Shown here one piece after another: positions 49,630 to 60,449 of a stretch of DNA of 64,000 bases. The notes under the pieces were generated by a model. The model saw nothing but the letters and a program-made list of their open reading frames with translations. It was not told where the DNA came from and ran no database searches. A program made the translations under genes and the position numbers. The DNA lies in NCBI RefSeq assembly GCF_018977255.1, contig NW_024704742.1, forward strand, positions 89,096,001 through 89,160,000. Direction: 5' to 3'. The stretch's first letter is position 1. Every line of letters begins with the position of its first letter. This DNA comes from Callorhinchus milii (lineage: Eukaryota).

Positions 49630-50740
49630 TGGACTCGCCACCAAGTAGAAATAGCTATCAATATTCATCATATTGAATACTTTCACAATTTAATGGTACA
49701 CCTCAATCTCTCAAATCATTAGTAAGGGTTAATATTCCATGTGAGTTATTAAAGGCCTAAGTGTTAATATTCACTACAGGTAATGTCCCTGGCCCTGACA
49801 AAGCCCTTGCTCTTTGACTACGTTATACTATATCACTTGAAGGAGGGACATAATTCAGGTAAGTAGAGACATGGTGTGTTTTGGGTGGAACTGTTTGTGA
49901 TTTAAAGATAGTTCCAGAAAACCGTAACAAAGTATAACAACTGACACTTGGTGCACCTGAGGCATTAAATCTCTTACCTTGATGAGCACAAAGTTCGACA
50001 GAGAAAGAAAACAATTCTCTCTCAGAAGTAATCCATCTCAGTGAACTGCAGAAGAGTGAAGCCTTCAAAAGAGTAATTCTGTTTCAAAGTCGGGTTTTGA
50101 TTCAGTAATGGTACTGCTGGCTACTGCTGGCTTCTGAGAATAATTAACAATAACTCTTGCATTTAAGGCACCAGCAATAATATCAAAACATCTGAAAGCA
50201 CTTCACAAGCAGCTGGTGTCACGTGTAGTGACTGTGTATTTGTAGGGGACCACAGCAGCCGATTTGCTCAAAGCAATATCCCACAAGCGACCATCAAATG
50301 CATCCAATTTATTTAGTAAATTTAGTTATTTAGTTAGGATATTTGGGTAGTAAACATTCTGAAACAGTCGAATCAAGCCTTGTAGTCTAGTCTGTTGAAT
50401 GGGGTGAAGGTTGGATGTCCTTTGGGGTCACTGTTCAGTTTTAAGGTGTTGTACTTATAAATGGCCTCCTTGGGATATGTATTAACAGTGATTTATGAGT
50501 CTCAGGTTGCGAGGTTGCTCTCTTGACAGCACAGATTTTTCTTTTCTGACTCGCCTACGATTCAAGATTGGATGTAAACAAGAAAATAAAACAGTGTAGT
50601 CCCCACATCACCACTGTCATTTTTTATGGGAAGAGAAACAAATGTGATAAATAACATAGATGATGTACACTTGTGACCGAACCATCACGGGAAATAGATT
50701 TGTTTTATCCGTAGTTTAAATGACCAAAGCGAGTCCATGT
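49630..50740 (-). pseudogene. L: Hantavirid-like L N-terminal-half block, EVE-B
   Basis: SISRDGS, LPIKND and YIQS*IVGESEKKNL (cf. AVKTDGS, WPSRRND, YVREHLIKPDERASL); NYSFE/KA, LCAHQGKRFNA, PSVS and K....PPKT (ORF 49823..50068; cf. NIAFEKA, LCVSQKMKLCA, PSVT, KFFERPFKS). Confidence 0.7.
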
Positions 50741-50944
50741 GAGACTCTCCAACATGTGTACAAAAGGAAGGGGTAACTATCTGAATTCATCCACATTTTA
50801 ATCAACATGCCTGTCCTCCAAGGGAGAGGGGAGGTAAGCAGGGTCTCGTTGGAAATAAACTGGATCCAATGTAAGTGCTTGGCAACGGAAAGTCAGATTG
50901 AGTCAGCCCTCTGTGGTAGTCTCAGTAGTCTGGTTCCTAAATCT

Positions 50945-51285
50945 AGAATAATAATCCTTGCATTTGATATAGAACCTTATTATGCTGTTGAGACATCACA
51001 AAGGATTCAGTGTAAAGTGTGGCAACTGTATTTTGTAGACAAATGCGCAGTCAAGTTAAACACAGCAATGCCTTACAAATGAAGTGAATGACCAATGCTA
51101 TTTGGAGAATTGTTGTCCAGGACAATGGGGGAAAACTCTTTCTGAACAGCACCATTGGAATTTTAACAATGGATTTTTAATATCCACCTGAGCAGGTAGG
51201 GCCTCAAGTTTAATATCTTATCTGAAGAACAATGCATCTAACAATGCAATACCCCCCAGCACTGGAGTGTCATCTTAAATAAGCC
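50945..51285 (-). mobile_element. Deu-type SINE
   Basis: Reverse-complement tail (aataataatccttgcatttgatatag) and core (atatccacctgagcagg..cagcactggagtgtca). Confidence 0.82.
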
Positions 51286-51299
51286 CAACCTATATAACA

Positions 51300-52330
51300 G
51301 AGATTTCCAGACCCAAGCATTGTGCTAATATTGAAGTTGGGGTAGAAATCAAACTTCAGAACAAATATTTTGGCTTGTAAATTTCCATGCTCTTGCTTGG
51401 TGTAGGGGAAACTCAGTTGGCTGTAATCCCACTTCAGAAAGTCATAAATGTGCATAAATATCAATGGCAAGGTTTATTTTTATAATCTACGCCTTTTAAA
51501 ACCCAAGATTTGTGCTATAAACCCACCATTCTGAGTTTGTCTCACCTGCTTCTCTTAGTAATCTCCTACACTTCACTTACATTTCTCAATAAGAGAAAAT
51601 ACCCAGATTTCTGGGTAGTAAAGTGTTGTTTATCATTTTTGTTTTACTCCTGGAGCTGACATGCATGACTTGCTCATGACTTGATTGCTCAGGCTGAGTT
51701 ATTGAGCCGGCTTCATTTGTGAAACAAGATTCATAGTTTGGCATCTTTCTCCAAAGTCCCATCCATATGGCTGACTGCAGTCAATGATCACTTAACAGTC
51801 TACATCACACCATGGCTCTCTGGATGGATTTAAAAGCAAGCCCATAGAATAAATAGAGCATCACCCCATTGACTCCAGTGAAGGAGTTGTAGCTTATTCA
51901 CGCCTGTTTTGATGTACCGACTGCAGTACTTGTAAACTATCTGCCACATAAACCACAGACTCTGAGGGACTCCCATGGCAACAGTAAAAGGCCAAAGTGC
52001 TCAAAATAGCAATTTTGTTTGCAGTACTTTAGACCTTACTTTTCCAGAATTGCAGCGTTACTGCTAATGCCAGTCATAAATCTCAACGTATTTATTCAAA
52101 ATTGCAGTGATTGTGGTTGGAAATGAGGCCTGAATAAAATTAAAGGACAAAATGTTTTTTACGTGATCACCGTGCTTACTCATTCTGGTTCTGCAGTGGT
52201 TCTCCAATCTCCACATATCAGTCAACCAAGAGTTTACCCAATGAATGATATGCGTATCACCAGGAGTAGTTCCCTCTGCTGGATACATATACCATGACAT
52301 AATATAGGGTCGACATCTTTTGGTCAATCG
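51300..52330 (-). pseudogene. L: Hantavirid-like RdRp core block (motifs A-D and beyond), EVE-B
   Basis: MVYVS/AEGT.PGD (cf. LMYVSADATKWSPGD), DHVKNI, LNKYVE, FTVAM...W (51988-51974; cf. FGVAM..W), GDALFI/YG (51865-51841; cf. DDALFIYG), WRKMPN...GSI (cf. WKSMFN...GSI), SAPGVK, LGIF..KC and GNLQAKIFVLKFDFY (cf. GKVQWKVFTPKSEFEFY). Confidence 0.85.
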
Positions 52331-52712
52331 GGCATCTTCGTGATGGGCTCATGACATTTGTGATGAGTCACAACCTATGCGATGGAGTCATGACCGTTTT
52401 GTGATGGGGTCACATCCTTTGTCATGGAGGTAGGAGGTTTTGGGGGGAAATCACTCTTCTATTAAGTCTTCAATAATTGTGCGGATTCTTTGGCCTCATT
52501 TGCCAACAATGTGCTAATCCTTACCAGTGAGAATTAACAGTTAATATGATATAAATTTTACCCCATAATATTAAACATTCCTCGTTCTTCCAAAAGTAAA
52601 ATTTTCAAAGGTGACAACTTCAAAAAATGTTGGCATACTTGGTGAAAGCAATGAGTTTTGAGGTCAGGAGCAAGAAACCTATTGTACAAGAAGTATGTAA
52701 AGTCCTCTTACT

Positions 52713-52880
52713 CCAGTTACGAAACAGCAATATGAGACTAGAGAGGAGCTGAAGCAAGCTGTCAGAGATGAATTTCGCCTCATCACGCCATCTATGCTAC
52801 GGAAAATTTTGCACCGAACGTGGCGATGGATTATTATCTGGCATGAAAATGATGGTACTCACACAGATCCTCTGGACATT
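52713..52880 (+). mobile_element. Tc1/mariner-superfamily transposase C-terminal fragment
   Basis: Open frame VTKQQYETREELKQAVRDEFRLITPSMLRKILHRTWRWIIIWHENDGTHTDPLD resembles the 'L+..I......ITP.ML.......R+..C....G.H' transposase tail. Confidence 0.7.
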
Positions 52881-53200
52881 GGAGTCCTGTAGCTCAGTGG
52901 TTAGAGCACTCGCTTTGCAAGCGAGAGACCTGAGTTCAATTCCAGGCAGGGCGAAACCTTGGGCAAGTTTCCTTACTCCACACGCCTAATAATAATCCCT
53001 CCAAAAAACCGAAAACAATAATAAATTGGTCATTTTCAACCCACGACTGTTTGTGGGACATTGCTGTGCGCAATTGGCTGCCGCGTTCGCCCACAAATAT
53101 GCAGTTAATTCACTTTACAGTGTGTTCTGTGAAGCGCTTTGGGATGTCCTCCCGACGTGAAAAGTGCTATATCAAATGCAAGGATTTTTATTATTATTAT
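52881..53200 (+). mobile_element. Young tRNA(Ala-like, TGC loop)-derived SINE
   Basis: A box tagctcagtgg, stem-loop ctcgct-ttgca-agcgag, B box gagttcaattcc, then ccttgggcaag body and an L2-like tail ending (TTA)n. Confidence 0.9.
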
Positions 53201-54179
53201 TTAAATACAGTTAAATACTTGATTAAGCACTTCTAAGTACAATTATCATCATTTTTCTACATGCTTCAGTTCTTGGTCAGTGCAGTATAGAAAAAAACAT
53301 GGGGATAACATGACTTTGTGGACATCCTATTCTCTTATATTTCAGACTAAATCTCCAGAATAACCAAACACAATATGGCCATCTTAAAGGATATTATCAA
53401 ATGTACTGAGTAAAACCCATCACAACTCTTTAATGACAAAAGCCGAAGTTCTCACATGTATGCCTTGAAAACCAGACATCAGTCACAATGTCATACATCA
53501 AATACTATATCAGTTGTCTCAAAGTCTTGATCAGGTATGATATTGCGACTCAAACAAACATTGATTTCAAAATTGCACCTTCTCAAAACCTCAAAAACAA
53601 CCCTTATATTTGATATATCACCTTTTAGTTTGGGAGGACGTCTCAAGCGCCTCATAGGATTTAAAATGTAGTGATGAATGAATGCAGCAGCAAATGTATG
53701 CTCCTCTTCCGCTATTGATGCCTCTGTCCTATCATACCATTCTGATTTGACAAGTTTTCTCTTTTTCTTCATTTCTTCGCTTCTAAACTTTGAACTCAAT
53801 GCTTGCATTCCCAGGATGGGGTAAAGTGCGTAAAGACATTGGCCAATGACTAGGTCATAAAGGTAAGACTTTTTCTTAGTATTATTTTTTTCACTGTGGC
53901 GCCTGTGGTTCAATTTATTCTTCCTTTCATTTGAGTTGATTGCACTAGTAATATCAGAACTTCATTTAGTTCAGGTTCTTTCAGAAATACATATCAATGG
54001 AACTTCTTTGAAACTCCTTCTTCTATAATCTACAGTCGGAGTTCATGATCCACAATCTAGAATTCACACTTTAATGTGAACTACCTTCACATAAAACTAA
54101 ATTGAAGCACTGTGGATCACCAGATGCCTCTTGTTGTTTATAATGGGAAATTCTCTCAATGCAATGTCTATTTTACACT

Positions 54180-54445
54180 GGGTCCTGTCTACCTGTTCAG
54201 GTGGAAATTAAAGACCCCTTAGCACTAATAGAAAAGAGAGTTTCTGCAGGTGTCCTGGCCAACAATTCTCCAGATACAATGGTCATTAACTTCATGGCTG
54301 TTTCTGGGACACTTCTGTATGCAAATTGGCTGCTTTGTTCCACTCAAAAACAGTCATTCCACTTCACAGAAACTTTGTGAAAGTTTTTGCATTCTTTATT
54401 CTCGACTTTTAGCAATATATAAATGCAAGTTGTTGTTATTATTAG
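54180..54445 (+). mobile_element. 5'-truncated Deu-type SINE inserted in the L remnant
   Basis: ggtcctgtctacctgttcaggtgga..ggtgtcctggccaacaatt..tail. Confidence 0.8.
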
Positions 54446-55202
54446 TAGGTACTTGAGTATGAGATTCATTGGAGGGTATTAGATCTTTTAGTGCCTATAA
54501 AATGGATATGAGACTGTTTGATGGATATGTGTTTTTATCCTGTAGTGGTTTTATATCGCAGTGGGTATTATACTGTGGTTGGTATTATACTGTGGTGCAT
54601 ATCATTGGTAGGTATTGTGATGTGGTGGATATTGTATTATGCTGTGGTCAGTTTTATACTGCAGTGAGTATGTAAGACTCATGATTGACATTGTTGGTGT
54701 GTATTTAATCTCTGAGAAGTTCAGCACTTTGGTGCTTTTCCATCCATTCAAAACCTTTAACCTGTGATGTCTGTGTGTGGTCTCATGTTGTACATACGTA
54801 TGTTTGACTCCAGGTAGTTCTCTGAGACGGGGAGGTATCCAGGAATTTGGTAGGCTTGGAATATATTGGATTACTGGCATGGGTAAGAATTACAAGCATT
54901 AGATTTAATTAGGGCAATATGTGTTGGTTACCTCATATTGTAGTTCTGCACATTTTCATTCCTGACACCCTATTTACTCCGGTAATTTATAGATCAATAT
55001 AAAGCTCTTGTTGAACCAATATCTCTGTGTTGCTCTTTGTAAAAGCTTTGTATACGGGAATGAAAGTGTGACAGTTTTACCAGTTAGCCCTCGGCCTCAC
55101 ATGGGGTTCATACTAAGCATCTGTGCTTTGCAGACATTTGCCATGTACTGATAGCACTTTAGAAAACAATACTTACTGAATGGCTGTTATTTAAGGGAGC
55201 TG

Positions 55203-55840
55203 GAAGATGAGGCTGTAATTAGAGGCTGCGAAACAGAGCCAGAAAATCAAAGAGGAAAGGATGCCCCACTGTGCAGCTGATCAGTCTGCCACGAATCAGG
55301 GCCAAGTTTGTAGAAAGCGATGTGAACTCCATCCTGCTTTTCTTACAATGTACATTAGTAAGAGATGTTCTGCACTATTTGTATAGCAAAGTTTTCATTG
55401 TTATTTAGAAAATACATAGTCACTGTCCTTTTCAACAATTACCTGTGAAGCTCTTAGAAATGTTTCGACATTATCAAGACTGTATCTAATGCAAGGAGGA
55501 TTACAATGAAGCAAATGATATCATGGGTATCGGGGTCTAAACTCAAGTGAGCTAATATGGGTTTATAGTCAAATGCACATTTTAGACTGTCCTCATTATT
55601 TTCTACAAAATGTTAAGCACCTGTGGTTGTAGCTGATATGATTGAAAGCTTGAGTCTTCAATGATGGCATATCATCATCCATGTAAAACTGTAAGGAAGG
55701 TTTTGTTGCATAATATTCATAAAGGTGTAATTTGCTGTGTTCACTGTGTTTGCGCTATATTAAGTGGCCAAGCCTTTAACAACTTGATACCCTTTTGGAC
55801 TCTTTTCCTCTATTGCTGTGTCTCAACCACTCTGTGTGTG
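55203..55840 (+). pseudogene. Hantavirid-like M remnant: Gn cytoplasmic tail and Gc C-terminus (EVE)
   Basis: KMRL*LEAAK..QK and VCHE (cf. KLRVILEKVK..QK, ICHHE); GFIVKCT (55559) and DCPHYFLQNVK (cf. GFTLVCT, ECPTFLTSIK); VFNDG (55654; cf. VYDDG); then a hydrophobic tail. Confidence 0.62.
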
Positions 55841-56239
55841 TTAGAAGTACCGCTTTAACCGTGTTTTCAATCACTTTTCTCCTCTCCAACTACCTCAGCT
55901 CCCATCCCCAGCTTTAGTGCTCAATGTCAAGGACTTTGAGACATCCTCCCAGTGTAAATTTGCAATTTAAAATTCACTTTATAAATGTAAATTGTATTGT
56001 ATGAAACCTATCTAAAAATTTACTTCTTTGATTGAGCCAAAAGTCACCTCTCCTTCCCTTGCTTGACATCCGACATCATTCCAGTGAACTCTTCAAGACA
56101 TTATCCGATGTGAAGGGCTCTATATAAAGGCAAGTTAGCTTGCTTCCCATAGTTAGCTTGCTTCCCATAGTTAGCTTGCACCTTACAACGCAAGGCAAGT
56201 TGTTGTGTCAGGGTACAAGCTAGCTATGGGAAGGCGTCT

Positions 56240-56850
56240 AATGTCAGTGAAGGTTACACTTATACTTCAAGAGTAGAACCCAATCCATTTAGTATGTGGC
56301 ATGTCATCGGGCCATCAGGAAGTAAGCGGAAATTAACTTTTCTAGAATTTAGCAATCAACTTATAACTGTTACCTCCCCTGACACCTCCCATCTGTGTGT
56401 CAGCCTGGCTGAGTGATTAGCACTCTTGCCTCTGAGGCAGAAGGTTGTGGGTTCAAGCTCATGTCAGGATTTGGAGCCCGTATAATTTAGGCTGACACTC
56501 AAATGCAGTGCTGGGGGTGTGCTGCACTGTCGAGGGGCTGTCCTTCAGTTAAATGTTAAACCAAGGTCCTGTCTGCCTGTCCAGGCATCCGTAATGGATT
56601 CCATGGCACTACTTGAAGGGGGTTTATCCTGGTTGTTGGTCCTGAAATTGCTTTTTGAAACTCTAGTCTTGGTGCATCCTAAAGTATTGTTCTCAATCCT
56701 AACATTTGAAAGTATGTTGTTCTGACTGGCTGTATGTTTTCAATCTTGTCTGAAGAAGGTTGAGTCTCATCCTTTAAACTGACCAGTTTATTCTCAGCTC
56801 TCTGTAATTGCTCATTACTATTTAATTTTTAAACTGAACAAGTTCCGCAA
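56240..56850 (-). pseudogene. N: Additional hantavirid-like N remnant (coiled coil and RNA-binding start), SINE-interrupted
   Basis: QLQRAENKL-x11-D (cf. QLVIARQKL-x11-D); LLNSR, KVNFR and LNGL (cf. MLSTR, RIRFK, VNGI). Confidence 0.48.
56395..56630 (+). mobile_element. Deu-type tRNA SINE, 5' part
   Basis: tggctgagtgattagcactcttgcctctgaggcagaaggttgtgggttcaagc..gctgacactc..gtgctgcactgtcg. Confidence 0.87.
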
Positions 56851-57109
56851 CACAGTACTTATGCCCTCACTTTAATGATTAGTCTCCAAAGGATTGAAAC
56901 ACTAAATTAGCTTTCAAAGATCCAGAAGGATTCATTCTAAAAGAATAACACACAAACTTTTAAACTCTTCTGGGATTTTCTAATAAGACTTTGCTGTAGG
57001 ATGTGTTGTAAGGAGATTAACCAAATAGTCTTGATGATAAATTAGATGCAATATTTACTTGTAATAAGCTCCATATTACAATAGGAGACTAATTTTCCCT
57101 GTCTATTTT

Positions 57110-57900
57110 CTATCTTTAATATGTAGAGTAATGCAATGAATGAAAGCTCCTGGGTACTAGGTACTTCCTAAATAACAATTCATCTCTGACTGAAATAAGG
57201 CTCTATTGAATCTGTATAAAGAGAGATGTAGAGATTCTCTAATACAACAACATGAACTTGCATTTATATCATGCCCTTTATGTAAGATAATGTCTCAGAG
57301 CACTTCACAGTGACAGGGTTGGACACGAAACAAGGGAAGAGGGGGAGGTTAACATAGGCGTGGTTGAAAAAGTAATTTTTGAGGTGAAATTTAAAGACAG
57401 ATAAGTGGAGTGGTAGAGGCAAAAAATATCAGAGGTTAGTGGCATAGTACTGAAGGCTGAATTACTGCAGACATCCTTGAATAAATTGCCAGGCCAATGA
57501 TGGGTGTAATTTACATTTTAACTTGACTTTAAGCTATCTATGGAGATGGGGGCGTGGTGGGGGGTTTAATGAAATATGTGGTAAGGAATGTGATAGTTAT
57601 CATAAAAGCAAAAATATAGTAATTTTGTGTCCTGAGCAACATGTCTTTCAAGTGACAAATTTGGGATTGAATATGTTCTGCAATAAATTCTACATTAAGA
57701 ATGAATATAAGAATTTTCCAAAATTCTGCATGCTCATAGGGTGATGCTCTTAAGGTTAATACCAGGTGAATCTAAAGCCTTGGAAATCTGGTTGTTTGAA
57801 GGTTGGTTTCATTCGTTATGGCAACAATTGCCTTCACCAGCAATTACTGTTGATAACACGAAACCCAAGCTGTTTGTGCAGAGTCGTGGGTTGGAGGGGC
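57110..57900 (-). pseudogene. Hantavirid-like Gn remnant (membrane-proximal ectodomain; EVE)
   Basis: IAGEGNCC (~57844-57821; cf. (I/L)(A/S)GPGASC), FRFT (cf. FRLT), IYC, KFVT*KTCCSGHKI (cf. KVILTKTLVIGQCI) and SLP. Confidence 0.58.
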
Positions 57901-58295
57901 ATGGGAGAGATATGTCACTTGTCTTAAAGGCAAAGCAAAACTGAACTAGTCAGTTATTGTTGCCTTAGGCCACAGAAATTTCAAACAATGACACCAGCCT
58001 TTGTCCACAGGTAACATAACACATTGTTTTTCACTGCATCACTATTGTTCTAGCCTCAGAGAAATTGTGTAGCATGGCGTCTCATGCAATTTTTATATAC
58101 CAAAGATTTGGGGCACCACCGAGTGTTAGAAAATTGTGGTCAAATTTATTTAATCTCTAAATTAGTGTTACAACAATACTTTAAGCCAATATAATTAATA
58201 AAATACAATTGATCAGAAATTAAGTCATAAATCTTTTGACTTAAAGATCCTTGTCCTTGTGTTCAATTCCTTCCATGGCCTCTACAACTTGCTGC

Positions 58296-59690
58296 AACAA
58301 CAACAACTTGCACTTATATAGCATCCTCCATGCAGGGTAGCATCTCAAAGTGCTTAACAATGTGGGAGTCTGACTCCAAGCCAGGGAGGGGGGAGGTGAC
58401 CGTAAGCATGGTCAAAGAGGAAGGTTTTCAGGCAGGACTTGAAAAAGGGAGCAAAGCGGAGGGATTGAGGGAGAGTGTTCCAGAGTTTCGGGGTATAGTG
58501 GGTGAAAGCACGACCTCCGATGGTGGAGTGGAGGGTGCGAGGGACAGGCAGGAGGGTGGTGCTAGTTGAGCGCAGGCGCCGAGCGGTGGGTTGGAGAGTG
58601 AGAAGGTTGGAGAGGTAGGGAGGTGGCAGAGAGTGAAGGGATTTGAAAACGAGTGTGAGAATGTTGAAGTCGATCCGTCCGGAGATTGGAAGCCAGTGGA
58701 GCCTGGCCAGAACTGGTCGAGAAGTGTGTACGGAGTTTGGTCTGCAGTATGTGGGCAGCAGAGTGAGCTGGATCTTTTGAAGAGTGGGGAGACCGGCAAG
58801 CCTGGATAATGAAGGCATGTATGAGGGTTTTGGCAGCCTGAGGGTTGAGGCAGTGGCGGAGTTGGGCAATGTTGCGGAGGTGGGCAAGGCAGAGTGAGCC
58901 ATGGCACGGTTGTGGGGGAGAAAGAACAGTTGAGGGTTGTACAAAATGCCCAGGTTGCTGCCTGGCTTGGTGAGGTGGAGTGTGCATCCATGGATACTGA
59001 TGCTGCCAGTGACTGAGTTCTGAAGGTGCTGGCGCGAGCCAAGCAGGAGGGCCTCGGTCTTGCTGACGCTCAAATGTAGAAAGATGGCTCTCATCTAGTA
59101 CTTGATGTCTGACAGGCAATCTGTTTGGACATCAGTGGTCCTGGAGTTGGGGTGAAGGCAGTCCGATTGGAAGGGTTTGTAAAGAGAGTGGCAGGAGTGG
59201 AAGGAATGAAGCCTGGAAGCAACAACTGTTTCAAGGACCTTGAAAAGAAAAGGGAGGTTGGAGATGGTGCAGTAGTTAGTGAGCAGGGATGGGCCCAGGG
59301 AAGGTTTTTTTAGGATAGGGGTGATGACAGCTGTTTTTGACATCCTCTCTATCTGTGACCAGGGATCCCTCTGCCTCCTTGTCCTCCTGGACCTCTCCGC
59401 CACTTTTGACACAGTCGATCACGCCATTATCCTCCATCGCCTTTCCTCCGTCATCCACTTCAGTGGGACCGCACTCGTCCGGTTCGAGTCCTACCTCACG
59501 AACCGCCAGCTGTACATCGTCACAAACAGCTTTCACTCCCGCTCTCACCCGGTTACCTGCGGAGTACCCCGAGGATCCATCCTTGGCCCCCTCCTCTTTC
59601 TGATCTACATAGTCCTTCTTGGGGATGTCATCCGCAGACATGGGGTACATTTCCACATGTATGCGGACGACACCCAACTCTATTATTCCA
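58296..59690. mobile_element. Rearranged L2 (minus-strand 3' part; RT core segment on the plus strand at 59339-59690)
   Basis: Minus: KTAVITPILKKPSL..PFQS|NSRTTDVQTDCLSDIK..LARLHWLP. Plus: [32 protein letters not shown]. Confidence 0.9.
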
Positions 59691-59699
59691 TCTCACATT

Positions 59700-60057
59700 G
59701 CGAACCCTCCACTCCTCTGCACCCCCCTACCTCTCTGACCTCTCTCCTCACAACAGTACCCGTTGCCTTCGCTCCATTGGGTCTGACCTCCTCCTTGTCC
59801 CCAGAATCCTCCGCTCCACCATTGGAGGTCGTGCCTTCAGCCACTATGCTCCGAGGCTCTGGAATTCCCTTCCTCACTCCCTTCGCCTCGCTCCCTCTTT
59901 TCCTATTTTCAGGTCTCGGCTGAAGACTTTTTTCTTCGACCGCACCTTTGGTCACCTTCCTCCCCCTCCCCCTGGCTCGGCCCTGGGATCCGTTACTGTG
60001 AAGCGCTCTGAGACGCCGTCCGGCGTGGAGGACGCTATATAAATCCAAGTTGTTGTT
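59700..60057 (+). mobile_element. L2 3' end
   Basis: LHSSAPPYLSDL..GGRAFSHYAPRLWNSLP..; (TTG)n tail. Confidence 0.9.
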
Positions 60058-60449
60058 TTTAGGGGAGGGATAGATGACATTTGCAGTCAAAAAAAATGTC
60101 CGATAGACTCAATAATAATTAAGCTCTGTAATCTGGAATATTTTTACTTAAAGCTAAAGGAAAATCTTAATAAAGTAAAAACCTTACCAATGTACAGTTT
60201 GCAATTTCAAGTACATTTGAACAAAAAGTGGAATTACATTTTCAGAGACAACACTTGAAGATGCTTTTTTAGGATCTGAAGTGAAATCCGAGGATTGCTA
60301 ATGGGTTATCTGTGAATATTTTAGGCGAAGCAGTCACGACAAGATGGTAATCTTAAAAACACTTTCCCATCCAATGCAAGTGGCACTGTCAATTACAAAT
60401 TACACTGTCACTAAGTGTAACTAATGCTCACTGTGGCTCTTAGCTCTCA

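Larger units (their letters stand above)
52460..55170 (-). pseudogene. L: Hantavirid-like L C-terminal-third block, EVE-B (interrupted by SINEs and a Tc1/mariner fragment)
   Basis: MKMCR (cf. MKVCR), TTHRHHRLKV (cf. TTRHVHRPKI), DIALREFPII (54168; cf. EVLKRIAPLL), CI....*TK (cf. CIEIWRWCK), QCLYALYPILG..EVLRRC (ORF 53491..53913; cf. QCIGLLLYDVLG..ELIRC) and YSGDLV*NIRE*DVHKV (53362-53312; cf. YVGDLLIQTEDIEVKKI). The 52700-52460 extension is weak. Confidence 0.8.

Noticed and set aside
52881..52955. Functional tRNA-Ala gene
   Set aside because: Acceptor and T stems are imperfect and it runs into a SINE body and tail, with related copies elsewhere in the window.
16920..54180. Single 37-kb inversion joining the end of EVE-A to the block starting at 54168
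   Set aside because: The two ends abut in protein coordinates, but EVE-B has its own upstream sequence at 54690-55170 overlapping EVE-A, so they are separate copies.
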